A stretch of 64,000 nt of DNA from Sedimentisphaeraceae bacterium JB056 (GCA_044440125.1 JBITAJ010000012.1:64001-128000); one strand, 5' to 3'. Numbered from the stretch's first letter, positions 1-10,702 are shown. Numbers and translations are program-made. Notes: generated by a model not told the origin, from the sequence alone.

Positions 1-2
1 TT

Positions 3-761
3 ACGCAGCAGGGAGTTAATGCATACGGCTTTGAGATGCTTACAAAATGGGCTAAGCATCGTTATAACTTGGATCTGAATATTGATGAGATACAGAATCA
101 ACAGCCGGCTGAGCTTCGTAAGCAGCTTATTGAAGCGGCAAAGCATACTTTTGATACTTTTGAGCAGGAAATCAATGACAAAGCTGATGAATGTGAGGCC
201 GCTGATTTTGCTCAATGGATGAAGGGACGTTATAATGTAAACTTTGCTCAAGAGCTTCTTGATGACATGGAGAAGGTTAAAGAGAACAGCGTAAAGCTTG
301 TTCGCAGCATTCTCAGAAATGAACTTTCAAGGCTTGAGAAATATGTGCTCTTGCAGATATATGACAGCACATGGAAAGATCATCTTTATGCTATGGACAG
401 GCTCAAAGAGAGTATTTTCCTACGTTCTTTTGCGGAAAAAGACCCTAAGGTTGAATACAAACGCGAAGGATACAAGATGTTCGAGGAGATGCTCAGCAGC
501 GTAGAGCAGAGAGTAACGGATACGATTTTCAAGGTTCGGCTTGCCGGCAATGAGAATACGAAGAACGTTTATTCTGGTCAGAACGCTTCGCATGATGAAG
601 CCAAGCAGTTTACTCAAACCGAAACGCAGAGGGCGGCAGCAATGGCCCCTCAGAAATCATCACCTGCAGCGCCTATAGTTAATAAGGAGCCAAAGGTAGG
701 CAGGAATGATCCATGTCCTTGCGGGAGTGGTAAAAAATACAAAAAATGCTGCGGCAGATAG
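3..761 (+). CDS. secA: Preprotein translocase SecA, C-terminal part (gene starts before the window)
   Basis: [33 protein letters not shown] wing/scaffold motif and C-terminal SEC-C Zn motif [21 protein letters not shown]; frame is open to the window edge. Confidence 0.97.
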   Translation, partial: TQQGVNAYGFEMLTKWAKHRYNLDLNIDEIQNQQPAELRKQLIEAAKHTFDTFEQEINDKADECEAADFAQWMKGRYNVNFAQELLDDMEKVKENSVKLVRSILRNELSRLEKYVLLQIYDSTWKDHLYAMDRLKESIFLRSFAEKDPKVEYKREGYKMFEEMLSSVEQRVTDTIFKVRLAGNENTKNVYSGQNASHDEAKQFTQTETQRAAAMAPQKSSPAAPIVNKEPKVGRNDPCPCGSGKKYKKCCGR

Positions 762-792
762 CTTAAGAGTTATTGTTGTGGAATTCTTTTAT

Positions 793-1833
793 ATGAAGGA
801 GTTGAAATTGAAAAGGAAAATGATAATTTTTGCTTTTTTGGCTTTTGCTGTTACTGTTCAGGCCAAGACATGGCAAATAAGTGATGATTTATCTTTAAAA
901 GAGGTTTCAGGTCAGCAAACTGATTTTGAAATAGATTTTGCAATGCTTAAACGTGCTGCTGATCAAAATAAACCTCAGGAGTTACTTGTAGCAGTGCTGG
1001 ATATGGAGAAGAAATATCCGGATATTACATCAGGTGACGATTGGAAGGCTTATGTTGAGGCTGAAGAAGCACTTGCGAATGAGAAATGGAAGAAAAGTTC
1101 GGAGCTTTTTACTGCTTTTCTCGACAATTATCCCGTAAGCCGTTTTTATAATGCAGCGCTTGAGCGTGAATATGAGATAGCATCAGCTTTTCTTGCCGGC
1201 CAGAAACGACGTGCCTTTGGTATCTTCATGATCCGAGGTTACGATGATGGTGAAGTTATGATGAGGAAAATTTCGGATAAGGCGGGTAACAGCTCGATTG
1301 CTAATAGAGCCTTGAAGACTCTTGCAGAGAGTTTTGAAAGTCGTAAACTTTATTTTGAGGCTTATGATGTTTGGACGGAGATTGCCGTAAGATGGCCGAC
1401 CGGAGAAAGTGGAGAGGAATCTCTACTTGGAATGGCGAGAAATATGCATAGTGCATATAACGGTCCTAATTATGATGCCGCTCCGGTAAAAAGTGCTGAG
1501 GGCTATTACAGTCAATATCAACTTCGTTATCCCCAGCTTGCTGAGAAAAAGGGAGTTGAGCAGCAATATAATAATGCCGTCGAACAAATAGCTTTCAAAT
1601 ATTACAATATTGCTAATTATTATGAAAGAACTGACGATATTGAAAGTGCAATGATCTACTATAATTACGTAATTGATAAAAGTCCTGATACAGAAGTAGC
1701 GAAATTGGCCTCTGGAAAGATGCAGGGTATAAGTGACAGGCCTCAGGAAATTGTCAAGATCAAGCCCGAAGACAAAAGCCTTTGGTGGCGACTATGGCAC
1801 TTTTTCGATTTCGAAGCTGTAGAGAAACTTTGA
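793..1833 (+). CDS. bamD: Outer-membrane assembly factor BamD-like TPR protein
   Basis: Signal peptide, TPR-like helices (FLDNYPVS, IANYYERT...AMIYYNYVIDKSPDT), between secA and lptE; start taken at ATG 793 (TTG 808 after AAGGAG is an alternative). Confidence 0.7.
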   Translation: MKELKLKRKMIIFAFLAFAVTVQAKTWQISDDLSLKEVSGQQTDFEIDFAMLKRAADQNKPQELLVAVLDMEKKYPDITSGDDWKAYVEAEEALANEKWKKSSELFTAFLDNYPVSRFYNAALEREYEIASAFLAGQKRRAFGIFMIRGYDDGEVMMRKISDKAGNSSIANRALKTLAESFESRKLYFEAYDVWTEIAVRWPTGESGEESLLGMARNMHSAYNGPNYDAAPVKSAEGYYSQYQLRYPQLAEKKGVEQQYNNAVEQIAFKYYNIANYYERTDDIESAMIYYNYVIDKSPDTEVAKLASGKMQGISDRPQEIVKIKPEDKSLWWRLWHFFDFEAVEKL

Positions 1834-1846
1834 GGAGGTTTTACCA

Positions 1847-2389
1847 ATGAAAAATATAAAGATGAAAACTTTGCTCTTAGTCGTCTGTGCTGTTTTTGTA
1901 ACTCTTAGCGGATGCACTGATTACACCCAGGGCTGGCCTTATCCTGAAGATGTAGATAGTGTTTATGTAGAGATGTTCAATAGCAAAAGTCTTAGAAGAG
2001 GCGCTGAATATACTTTGACTGACGCGATTTGCAAACAGCTTGAGGTGCAGACCCCTTATAAAATAGTTTCGGACAGAAGTCGAGCTGACAGCATAATTTA
2101 TGGAGAAATTGTTTCGCTTGGCGATACTGTTCTCTCTACTGAGGTTGAAACGGGTATGCCAATCGAGAAAGAGACGCGTTTGGCATTGGTGTTTAGTTGG
2201 AAAGATCTCAACACCGGTAAAATGTATGTTAATGAAAAGCAAGTTACTGCCTCTGCCAGCTATATTCGGGAGAAGAAAAGCAGCGACCTTGCTACTTATA
2301 ACTTAAGTCAAAGTTTTGAGTATGCAGCTGATGTTGCAGTGAACAAAGCGGCGGAGAAAGTAGTAGAATCTATGCGGCTTGAATGGTAA
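1847..2389 (+). CDS. lptE: LPS assembly lipoprotein LptE family
   Basis: Lipobox LSGC, SVYVEMFNSKSLRRGAEYTLTDAI motif, AEKVVESMRLEW end, GAGGAGG RBS. Confidence 0.8.
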   Translation: MKNIKMKTLLLVVCAVFVTLSGCTDYTQGWPYPEDVDSVYVEMFNSKSLRRGAEYTLTDAICKQLEVQTPYKIVSDRSRADSIIYGEIVSLGDTVLSTEVETGMPIEKETRLALVFSWKDLNTGKMYVNEKQVTASASYIREKKSSDLATYNLSQSFEYAADVAVNKAAEKVVESMRLEW

Positions 2390-2469
2390 GCTTTTGGAAT
2401 GTAGAAATTTAAGTAACTGAATTAAGCAATTTTTTAATAAATACGGTATTAGAGCCGAAAATAATTGAT

Positions 2470-4587
2470 ATGAATGAAAATAACGATCAGAATCAAAGAA
2501 ATAACAAAAGAATGCCCAAAGTACCTCCATTGGCCGGTAAAGGCAAACCTCGAGGTCCTTTTGGCTGGATAATAATAGCTATAATTGTTATAAGCCTTTT
2601 CTCTATGAAGGATAAATTTATGCCGGCTGAGCAGATTACGATCAGCCAGTTTAAAAATTTCATAGATTTGGGTTATGTGAGTTCCGTTGAGATAGGTATA
2701 AGCTCTTCGAACATTACGGGTAAATTCAGTGAAGCGGGCATAACTGCACGTAATCAGCAAAACGGCAGTGCTCTTGCTTCATTTAAAACGCAGTGTATTC
2801 CGGAAGTTGTGCCGGATCTTACAAAAAAACTTGATGATAATAATGTAAGTTACAAATTTGTAGGTGATGGAACTTTTTGGCTTATACTGATAAATCTTGC
2901 ACCGTTCCTCTTTGTAATATTGATTTTCTGGTTTATCTTTGCCCGGAATATGAAGGGCGGTCCTGGTGGGATGTTGATGAATTTCGGCAGAAGCAAGGCC
3001 AAGCTTTTCAACACTGAGGACAAGAAGGTTACTTTTGATGATGTTGCCGGAATTGAAGAGGCTAAGGATGAGGTTAGCGAAATAATCGAATTTTTGAAGA
3101 ATCCAAAGCGTTTCATGAAGATTGGTGGACGCATTCCTCGCGGATTGCTCCTTGAGGGCCCTCCCGGATGCGGTAAGACTCTTCTTGCCCGTGCGATTGC
3201 CGGTCAGGCGGATGTGCCTTTCTTCAGCATAAGCGGTAGTGATTTTGTCGAAATGTTTGTTGGTGTCGGTGCCAGCCGTGTTCGCGACTTGTTCAAGCAG
3301 GCCAAGGAAAATTCTCCTTGTATCATTTTCCTCGATGAAGTTGATGCAATCGGTAAGAAACGTGGTCCTGGAGTAACCAGCGGCGGACATGATGAACGTG
3401 AGCAGACGCTTAACGCGATTCTGGTTGAGATGGATGGTTTTGAGTCGAGCGATCAGGTAATCGTGATTGCCGCCACTAATAGGGCTGACGTTCTTGACAA
3501 GGCTCTGACTCGTCCGGGACGATTTGACAGGCAGGTATTTGTGCCGCTGCCAGATATCAAGGGGCGTGCGGAAATCCTGAAAGTACATGCTAAGAAGGTT
3601 AAGCTTTCTCCTGATGTTAATCTTGATATTATAGCCCGTGGAACTCCAATGTTCAGTGGTGCCGAGCTTGAGTCTCTTATAAATGAAGCGGCAATCGCGG
3701 CAACAATGGCTGATAAAGACTTCATCGAACAAGCCGACCTTGAAGAGGCCAGGGATAAAGTTCGCTGGGGACGTGCCAAGAAGAGCCGTGCGATCGATCA
3801 GAAAGAAAAAGAACTTACGGCGTATCATGAGGCCGGCCATACACTCATTCAGGCACTTCTGGATGATGCCGATCCTCTGCACAAGGTCAGTATTATTCCT
3901 CGCGGGCCTATGGGTGGTGCGACATTCTCCTTGCCGGAGAAAGATCGTTACACTTATTCGCAGAATTTCTGCAAGGCTTATCTGCAGGTGTGTTTTGGCG
4001 GTCGTATTGCTGAGGAAATATTCTGCGGCGATATCACAAGCGGTGCATCGGCTGATATCAAGCAGGCTACAGCTATGGCAAAAACCATGGTTCTCAGCTG
4101 GGGCATGAGTGATAAGCTCGGTCTGATTGACTTTGTCGGTGATAATCCATACAAGGAAATGGGACTTGCCAGCGGCAATGAATATTCCGAGCAAACATCT
4201 CAATCAATCGATCAGGAAATAAAACGACTTCTTGATAATGCTTATGATAATGCTAAAGCATTGGTCAATAAGCATAAGGATAAGGTTGAGCAGATTGCGA
4301 TGGCTCTTATCAAGTATGAAACACTTGACGCTGAAGAAGTACGTATGATACTTGATGGCGAAGAGATAGACAGGCCAACGGTCGCCGAGCTCTTACAGGC
4401 TGAGCAGGAGAAGGCTGCTAAAGCTGCTGAAGAGGAAAAACAGCGTCTTGAGGCTGTCAAGAAAGTTGTAGAAGCGGTTGATTCTGATGAAAAGCTGCCT
4501 CCAAGCGGCAGTGATGAAGATCAGGGGCAGAAGTCTGAGGAATCGCAAAACGAAGACGACCAGAGTGAAAGCCCGAAACAACAGTAA
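2470..4587 (+). CDS. ftsH: ATP-dependent zinc metalloprotease FtsH
   Basis: Two TM segments, Walker [25 protein letters not shown] zinc motif; acidic C-terminal tail. Confidence 0.98.
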   Translation: MNENNDQNQRNNKRMPKVPPLAGKGKPRGPFGWIIIAIIVISLFSMKDKFMPAEQITISQFKNFIDLGYVSSVEIGISSSNITGKFSEAGITARNQQNGSALASFKTQCIPEVVPDLTKKLDDNNVSYKFVGDGTFWLILINLAPFLFVILIFWFIFARNMKGGPGGMLMNFGRSKAKLFNTEDKKVTFDDVAGIEEAKDEVSEIIEFLKNPKRFMKIGGRIPRGLLLEGPPGCGKTLLARAIAGQADVPFFSISGSDFVEMFVGVGASRVRDLFKQAKENSPCIIFLDEVDAIGKKRGPGVTSGGHDEREQTLNAILVEMDGFESSDQVIVIAATNRADVLDKALTRPGRFDRQVFVPLPDIKGRAEILKVHAKKVKLSPDVNLDIIARGTPMFSGAELESLINEAAIAATMADKDFIEQADLEEARDKVRWGRAKKSRAIDQKEKELTAYHEAGHTLIQALLDDADPLHKVSIIPRGPMGGATFSLPEKDRYTYSQNFCKAYLQVCFGGRIAEEIFCGDITSGASADIKQATAMAKTMVLSWGMSDKLGLIDFVGDNPYKEMGLASGNEYSEQTSQSIDQEIKRLLDNAYDNAKALVNKHKDKVEQIAMALIKYETLDAEEVRMILDGEEIDRPTVAELLQAEQEKAAKAAEEEKQRLEAVKKVVEAVDSDEKLPPSGSDEDQGQKSEESQNEDDQSESPKQQ

Positions 4588-4604
4588 AAAAAAAATGAAA
4601 TATT

Positions 4605-4639
4605 AAAAGGGAGACGGCTTTTGCTGTCTCCCTTTTTTT
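4605..4639 (+). terminator. Rho-independent terminator after ftsH
   Basis: GGGAGACGGC-TTTT-GCTGTCTCCC stem followed by T7, preceded by A4. Confidence 0.9.
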
Positions 4640-4674
4640 GTGACTGAAATTCGTTTAATACGGAAGGGGATAAA

Positions 4675-6477
4675 ATGAGAACAGGGACAAGTTATAAAAA
4701 GATGATTCTGCCGGTAATGGCTGTTGTTTTATGTTTAGTGAGCGGTTTTGCTGTTGCGAGTCAGCGTGTGGTTGAATATGAAAGTGACTACTCTGATGTT
4801 TCGCTTGAGGCGGTCAGGCTTGCTGACGGGTCTGCGGCGATAGCGTTCAGGTTTACCGGTACGGATAATGTGCATTATTATGCGGATAAGGAAACTGCTC
4901 CGGGTGGTATGTCGCTTGCGATTGACTCCAATCTGCCTGAAGACTGCTCGGCTGATGCGCCGATGTTTCCGAAGGCTAAAGATTATTATGATAAGGGCTT
5001 GCAGCAGGATATAAAGGTTTACAGCGGCGATTTTGATGTTGTTGTGGGTTTGGATTGTAAAGAGGCGGGTGAAGTCGAGGCTTCTTTCACTGTTCACGGC
5101 ATAGCGTGTACCGATAAGTTGTGCTTGCCGCCGTTTTCGCACGATCTGACTATTAAGGTCGATACCTCAGAGGTTCAGTCATGGCCAGCGTGGCAGAAAA
5201 CGGATAAATCTGAGCCTGAGCCCACTGTTTCTGCTGATGCAAAAGAAGCGAAAGAAGAGGGGGCAGCGATTGTTGTTTCGGAGTTTTCGGTTGCCTCGGC
5301 TGTGAAATATTTTCTGCTTGCGATATTGGCTGGGCTTACGTTCAATATTATGCCGTGCGTGTGGCCCGTGCTTCCTTTGGCAGTGCAGAGGCTTGTCAAT
5401 TTCTCCGGTGGCAATAAAAAGACTCTCCTGCTCCACGGTGCGGCTTTCAGCGGTGGTATAATTCTGTTTTTCGTTCTCTTTGCCGCAATCAGCGTGGTGC
5501 TTAAGCTTACAACCGGAGCCGCTCTTGACTGGTCGGAACATCTGCGTTATCCATCAGTGATAATCGGTATGGGGCTCTTGCTTGTTGTTCTGGCTATGTT
5601 TATGTTCGATATATTTGTAGTGGGTGTGCCAAGCTCCGTTGCCTCAAAATCCGGCGGTAATGGTACTGTCAGCGGCAGCATCGGCATGGGATTTCTCGCG
5701 GCGGTTTTAAGTACGCCTTGCAGCGGTGCGATATTGGCGGCGGTTCTTGTATGGGCACAAACGCAAAACCTTGCAGTCAGCACGGTAACGATAATCCTCA
5801 TGGGTTTTGGTATGGCGATTCCATACATGATACTTGCAAATTCACCTGCACTTCTCAAAAAACTTCCCAGACCCGGCACATGGATGGAGATTTTCCGCAA
5901 GGCAATGGGTTTCTTACTGCTTGTGATAGCATTTAAGCTCATGCTTGCACTGCCAGAGAAATATCTGGGCGGAGCGTTCTATTATTCGCTTGTGGTTGCT
6001 TTTGCCGCATGGATGTGGGGCGGCTGGGTGAATATAACCAGCCCGAAGAAGAAAAAAATCACCGTTCGTCTGCTGGCTTTATTACTTCTGGTATTGACTG
6101 CTAAGCCGCTTTTGAAACCGGAGGTAAGTGTTGTAGATTGGCAAGGTTACGATCGGGTTCAGGTGAGTTCACTGACTTCAGCGGGTGAGCCTGTTTTGAT
6201 AAAATTTACGGCAAAATGGTGCACCAATTGCCATTATCTCGACAGAACGGTATATTCAGACCCTGAGATCGCAAAACTGCTTGAAGAAAAAGGTATAACT
6301 CCTGTTAAAGCAGATACGACATCCTTCGATGATCCGGCAACCGAAGACCTCAAAGCAATATACAACGAGCCGGGAAGCGTGCCTGTAACAATAATAATAG
6401 CCCCCGACGGCAGCCTGACGAAACTGCGCGGCGTATTCGAAAAGAAAGAGCTGATCGAAGCAATCGAAAGCCTTTGA
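4675..6477 (+). CDS. dsbD: Thiol:disulfide interchange protein DsbD family
   Basis: N-terminal Ig-like domain with CTDKLC, TM domain with NIMPCVWPV and STPCSG, C-terminal thioredoxin WCTNC. Confidence 0.92.
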   Translation: MRTGTSYKKMILPVMAVVLCLVSGFAVASQRVVEYESDYSDVSLEAVRLADGSAAIAFRFTGTDNVHYYADKETAPGGMSLAIDSNLPEDCSADAPMFPKAKDYYDKGLQQDIKVYSGDFDVVVGLDCKEAGEVEASFTVHGIACTDKLCLPPFSHDLTIKVDTSEVQSWPAWQKTDKSEPEPTVSADAKEAKEEGAAIVVSEFSVASAVKYFLLAILAGLTFNIMPCVWPVLPLAVQRLVNFSGGNKKTLLLHGAAFSGGIILFFVLFAAISVVLKLTTGAALDWSEHLRYPSVIIGMGLLLVVLAMFMFDIFVVGVPSSVASKSGGNGTVSGSIGMGFLAAVLSTPCSGAILAAVLVWAQTQNLAVSTVTIILMGFGMAIPYMILANSPALLKKLPRPGTWMEIFRKAMGFLLLVIAFKLMLALPEKYLGGAFYYSLVVAFAAWMWGGWVNITSPKKKKITVRLLALLLLVLTAKPLLKPEVSVVDWQGYDRVQVSSLTSAGEPVLIKFTAKWCTNCHYLDRTVYSDPEIAKLLEEKGITPVKADTTSFDDPATEDLKAIYNEPGSVPVTIIIAPDGSLTKLRGVFEKKELIEAIESL

Positions 6478-6511
6478 TATATTTTAAAAGAGCTAAAGAA
6501 TGAGAATTTAT

Positions 6512-6540
6512 TTGAAATTTAGTCAATTATAGTTTACTAT
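6512..6540 (+). promoter_or_regulatory. Sigma70-like promoter with overlapping operator for the TA module (probably leaderless transcript)
   Basis: TTGAAA-N17-TACTAT ending 7 nt before ATG 6548; imperfect inverted repeat TAGTCAA..TTTACTA at 6520-6539. Confidence 0.6.
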
Positions 6541-6547
6541 ATAAATT

Positions 6548-6883
6548 ATGGTTTATGAAGTAACCCTATATCAGACCACTAAAGGCGATATTCCTGTTAG
6601 GAAATGGCTGTCGAAGCTGAATGTTACAACGCGGGATAGAGTCTATAGTAGGCTTATGCGAATTGAACAGGGTAATTTCGGAGATCATAAACAGATAGAG
6701 ACTGAATTGTATGAACTCAGATTTTTCTTTGATGGTGGGTTGCGAGTTTATTATACGGTTCAAGATGAAAGAGTTGTTGTTCTGTTTTGTGGAGGGAACA
6801 AAAAAAGTCAGAAGCGTGATATAAGCAAAGCTATCGCATTATTATATGAATATAAAAAGGAATTGAATGATGCCTCTACATAA
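6548..6883 (+). CDS. Type II TA toxin, RelE/HigB-like (addiction module killer)
   Basis: RIEQGNFGDHKQI..LYELRFFFDGGLRVYY...LFCGGNKKSQKRDI signature. Confidence 0.9.
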   Translation: MVYEVTLYQTTKGDIPVRKWLSKLNVTTRDRVYSRLMRIEQGNFGDHKQIETELYELRFFFDGGLRVYYTVQDERVVVLFCGGNKKSQKRDISKAIALLYEYKKELNDAST

Positions 6884-7172
6884 ATTAGAAGACATAATTG
6901 CTGAAGATTTGAAAGGGCGTGATGGGCTTGAAAGTTTTCTTGATACTCTCCTTGAAGAGTATGAAACTACCGGAGATAAAGAAACTTTTCTGCGGCTGTT
7001 GAAGATCGCTGCCAAAGCTCGTGGCGGCATAGAAGAAACAGCGGTCAAGACAGGCCTTACCAAGCAGGCGATATACAAGATATTTTCCGGCAAGGGAAAT
7101 CCCACTTTCAACAGTCTTGTAAAAATAATCGAATCACTCGGCTACAGGCTGACCGTTAAACCCATCAACTGA
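6867..7172 (+). CDS. Type II TA antitoxin, HTH (addiction module antidote, HigA-like)
   Basis: AKARGGIEETAVKTGLTKQAIYKIFSGKGNPTFNSLVKII HTH; overlaps the toxin stop. Confidence 0.9.
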   Translation: MMPLHKLEDIIAEDLKGRDGLESFLDTLLEEYETTGDKETFLRLLKIAAKARGGIEETAVKTGLTKQAIYKIFSGKGNPTFNSLVKIIESLGYRLTVKPIN

Positions 7173-7244
7173 GGTTTGTATTACGGCCTATTTAGCAAAT
7201 TTACAGATGGTCATATTCTAACGATTCTGATACGTAACAAATAG

Positions 7245-7369
7245 TATCAGAGCCGCGTACGTCATTAAGCGGGTAGTGCGGTTAATTTTAGAATATGCTT
7301 TATGGATATTGTAGATTTTGATCTGATAGTAAGTACCCTATCTGCTTCCTAACGGGCACAGCTCTGATA
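7245..7369. repeat. Imperfect inverted-repeat (REP/MITE-like) element
   Basis: 32-nt arms at 7245-7276 and 7338-7369, 23/32 complementary, outer ends TATCAGAGC/GCTCTGATA. Confidence 0.6.
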
Positions 7370-7619
7370 GTTTAACTTTTATCTTATCATGCACATATAT
7401 GATTTAGTGATTCTTATGATTTAATTGACGATGAGTTTAGGATTGGTATCATAAGGTTGGTATTGTGGGTGGCTAAATTATTATGATTCATTAATGAGAG
7501 TTGCTCACAGAAAAACAGAAGAACATGCTGAAGCGATTATTCAAAAAGATATGGATAAATTAAGTAGATAACTCTAAAAGAGGTTTAAGTAACCTGCTTG
7601 TTTTAATTAGGAATTATGA

Positions 7620-8417
7620 ATGTGTTCAAAGATTAAAGATACTAAAGATTGGATTTGTAAACATGTTGCAATAACTCTATTTATGGTAGTTGCATTTGTT
7701 GTGCTGCTGATTATGGGGTGGCTTTCTTATCCAAAAGATACGGAGTTTGATTTTGTTATAGCATGGGCTGCTCTTTTTGGCGGTATTGGTGGGATTGGTT
7801 CTTTGGTAACAAAAAATGAAGCTTTAAAACAAAATGACAATGCAAGGCTGAGCGATTCTCGTCAGGAGAGGCTGGCTTTGATTGCGTCTGATGTTCTCGA
7901 AAAGACTTATCTGGTACACCGAGCGATAACCAATATAACCTCTCCACTTTCATTTAAGGAAGAAGGCATTAAAACTACTGATGAAAAGGGTGAAGAGGTT
8001 AAAATAGAAAAAACTGACTTATCACAAGCAGAGATTTTTGCATATCGATTTCAAAAACATGATAAACTCTTTTCGAATTACTTTTCTTTAGACATCAAGG
8101 CAAAGGTGTATTTTAATAACGAGGTATATCAAAATATTCAAGATATGAAATCTGTTATTATTTTTATACGTTGTCATATAACCACATTATTAAGATATAC
8201 AAAAAAAGCGATTGAACAAAATCTTGCAGAGAATACCAAACAAATGCAACAGATAGAAGATGAAATTGAAGCTTTCTATAGTCCTGGTTTTGTGAATGAA
8301 TTGTTCGAAGAAAAGACTTCTTCTTCTTTTCAAAAAAATATAGAGACATTTAATACTGTATGTAAAAAACTGGAATTAGAGCTTAGTGGATATATAAGAG
8401 GAAAAGAAATTGACTAA
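7620..8417 (+). CDS. Hypothetical membrane-anchored protein (AT-rich islet)
   Basis: 265-aa ORF, two N-terminal hydrophobic segments, helical C-terminus. Confidence 0.7.
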   Translation: MCSKIKDTKDWICKHVAITLFMVVAFVVLLIMGWLSYPKDTEFDFVIAWAALFGGIGGIGSLVTKNEALKQNDNARLSDSRQERLALIASDVLEKTYLVHRAITNITSPLSFKEEGIKTTDEKGEEVKIEKTDLSQAEIFAYRFQKHDKLFSNYFSLDIKAKVYFNNEVYQNIQDMKSVIIFIRCHITTLLRYTKKAIEQNLAENTKQMQQIEDEIEAFYSPGFVNELFEEKTSSSFQKNIETFNTVCKKLELELSGYIRGKEID

Positions 8418-8453
8418 ACAAAAAACGGACAATTATTTAAAGGAGTTGGTGTT

Positions 8454-8670
8454 ATGATAAAGAATGATGCAGAAAAACAGATAATTTTGGAATGGGTAAA
8501 TTGGAAAAACTAATAATATAACAAGCCCGTCTTACAATAACAAAGATGAGTTTTATCGTCACCGTCTTCAAAAAGTAACGCCTCAGTTGCTTACATTTCG
8601 AGTTGGTCGTGGATGTGATAAATGGCAAGATGTTCAGGCATGGATAAATGATTATGAAAACAAAAATTAA
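8454..8670 (+). pseudogene. Small (~71 aa) gene broken by one extra A
   Basis: AAGGAG RBS then ATG 8454; stops after 19 codons, but removing one A from the A5 run at 8505-8509 gives an open frame to TAA 8670. Confidence 0.55.
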
Positions 8671-8801
8671 TGATAGTTAAAGACAGATGGATTTATCGAT
8701 TAAGGATTTTAACGGCTGAATTAAACATGTTAAATTAATGGAGAGTTGTAGAATATGAATGCATATAAGCAAATGAGACTGTATTTGAAGGGGATATATT
8801 A

Positions 8802-9455
8802 ATGGAAACATGGCAGATGATTTTAGTGTTAGTTGTTATTGCTATTGTTGGACTTGTTTCTGAATATCACCAGATTAGAAAGAAACGTAAGAAGCTCAAG
8901 TTGGTTCAGGAGTTTCTGGGAAATTTTGATGAATGGTGTAGTTCTCAATGGAATGACAAACAACTTTATAATTGGATGATTAGTAAGTCTGAAATAATTC
9001 AAAAACAATTAGGTTATTCAGGCCTTATTGATTTACGTCTTCCTTTTGAGAAAGGCTATCATAAAAATTATCCTATAATACTAAATTCTATTCCTGCAAT
9101 TCAACGAGGGATATCAGATTTATATCTGAATAAAGAAGAAGTTGCAACTTATTGTCAAATGGTGGATGGTTGCCTTAGGCGTTTTATTGGTTCAAGAGAA
9201 GAATATATTAGTTATAGATTAAAGAAATTATATAATCCATTAAGTTTGTTTTGTAATGGTATTGGCGTAATTCTTGCTATTCCTGTCTATATGTTAGAAG
9301 AGTGTAAAATAATCAGTCCGAATAGATCTGAATTAATTACTGAGAGTAATTTTTTTGGTTTTATAAACTTAATAGCTTCATTAGTAACAATAGTAAGTGG
9401 ATCTATGGTTATTGTATTGGGTTGGGATAAATTTGTTCAGATTATAGGTTTTTAG
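8802..9455 (+). CDS. Hypothetical membrane protein (AT-rich islet)
   Basis: 217-aa ORF with N- and C-terminal hydrophobic segments. Confidence 0.7.
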   Translation: METWQMILVLVVIAIVGLVSEYHQIRKKRKKLKLVQEFLGNFDEWCSSQWNDKQLYNWMISKSEIIQKQLGYSGLIDLRLPFEKGYHKNYPIILNSIPAIQRGISDLYLNKEEVATYCQMVDGCLRRFIGSREEYISYRLKKLYNPLSLFCNGIGVILAIPVYMLEECKIISPNRSELITESNFFGFINLIASLVTIVSGSMVIVLGWDKFVQIIGF

Positions 9456-9458
9456 ATC

Positions 9459-10208
9459 ATGAATATTAATACCAAAAACATGGATTTCTATCAAATACTT
9501 GAGTTGCATCCATACATGGATATAAAAGAACAATTTGAGGAAATAAAAGATGTTATTAATCTTTTACATGACAAACGTAAAGAGCTATATGGGAAAATAG
9601 AATCGATAAAAGTGTGCAAAAGTAGTTGTGAAGAAGCTAACTTAAATGGCATACAATATAAATCTGCTTACAAAGATATTGCTTGTAGTATGGCTGCTGT
9701 GGGTTTATTAGCACCATTTTTTGAGAGTTTATTTTCTCGTTCATTTGAATACATGCGTGATCAAGATGCTAATAGTCAGACAAGTAAACACAATAGATGG
9801 ATTTGCGCTAAGGAAAACAGTTGGGACTGTCATTATTATTTTGGAAAAAGCAATCATCCACAAAAGAATATTACAAAAGGCATAATACAGTTAGTAGAAG
9901 CAACTAACTTAAAAGATAGATTCCCTAATAATTTAGAAAGTATATTGTCCGCTCTTTTTGCTTATCGTAACAAAATGTTTGATGGGGGATATGAATGGGA
10001 GTTAAAGGATAGAGAAAAATTTTGGAAGCGTGTTGAAGAAAAATGGAATGTTGATAAACGTAAATGGTTTGAAAATGCAACTCAAGGTGATTGTATATGG
10101 ATGATATACATGTCTGATGAATTTATAAATGAGTGTCTTGAATGTATTAAGAAATGTATAACAGAGTTTTCGAGTATCTTTGATGAATTTAAGGGTAACA
10201 GAATTTAA
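9459..10208 (+). CDS. Hypothetical protein (AT-rich islet)
   Basis: 249-aa ORF starting 3 nt after the previous stop. Confidence 0.7.
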   Translation: MNINTKNMDFYQILELHPYMDIKEQFEEIKDVINLLHDKRKELYGKIESIKVCKSSCEEANLNGIQYKSAYKDIACSMAAVGLLAPFFESLFSRSFEYMRDQDANSQTSKHNRWICAKENSWDCHYYFGKSNHPQKNITKGIIQLVEATNLKDRFPNNLESILSALFAYRNKMFDGGYEWELKDREKFWKRVEEKWNVDKRKWFENATQGDCIWMIYMSDEFINECLECIKKCITEFSSIFDEFKGNRI

Positions 10209-10409
10209 TGACCATGTCTCTTTTTTGCAACATAAAGGATTTTTTATAAAAAAGATACGTGTTTCTTTGATTGAAGTATTGGTGGAGCGGATGAATTACT
10301 GACCTGCGGAAGACTGTTAAGCATTGGGGTCAATCTTTCATTGTGTTTGTTTTTGCCCGCTCCTTAGCAGCCAGAGGTACTGTTGGAGATGGGTAGTGAT
10401 TGGGTTTAA

Positions 10410-10451
10410 TCCAAAGCGGTTTTGTGCTATTGCTTTCAACCGCAGTCCCAA
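10410..10451. repeat. REP-like element, family B (CCAAAGCGG-N20-CCGCAGTCC)
   Basis: Same ends and 20-nt spacer as the copy at 55565-55605. Confidence 0.65.
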
Positions 10452-10498
10452 AGGGGTGTTGCCGTATTCTATTGATATTAGATTGGTGTGTGTTGTTG

Positions 10499-10526
10499 GC
10501 AGGGGCACGGCATGCCATGCCCCTAC
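10499..10526. repeat. GTAG-type REP-like palindrome (degenerate)
   Basis: GCAGGGGCACGGCATGCCATGCCCCTAC, 28 nt, two changes from a perfect GTAG...CTAC palindrome. Confidence 0.7.
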
Positions 10527-10618
10527 ATGCGGAACTGATATGATTAATGGTGTAGAGTTCATGAAAGCCATTTCAGGTTCAATTACCTGAAAAATTTCTT
10601 TGGTCTTTTTGTTCTGAT

Positions 10619-10647
10619 TTGCCTTTTGTGGTGGTTTCTGGTAGAAT
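10619..10647 (+). promoter_or_regulatory. Putative sigma70 promoter of the purD operon
   Basis: TTGCCT-N17-TAGAAT with TGn extension. Confidence 0.55.
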
Positions 10648-10702
10648 TCCGGGTTTTATGTTGTATGTAGCTATAACTAATTTGAGACATTAAGGATACA
10701 CA

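Noticed and set aside
2779..4203. 474-aa antisense ORF and many similar shadow ORFs over ftsH, nspC, the dehydrogenase, gyrB and ftsK
   Set aside because: They lie wholly opposite well-conserved genes and have no recognisable motifs; codon-bias shadows
7172..10210. Integron cassette array
   Set aside because: No integrase and no repeated attC-like RYYYAAC...GTTRRRY structures recognised between the ORFs
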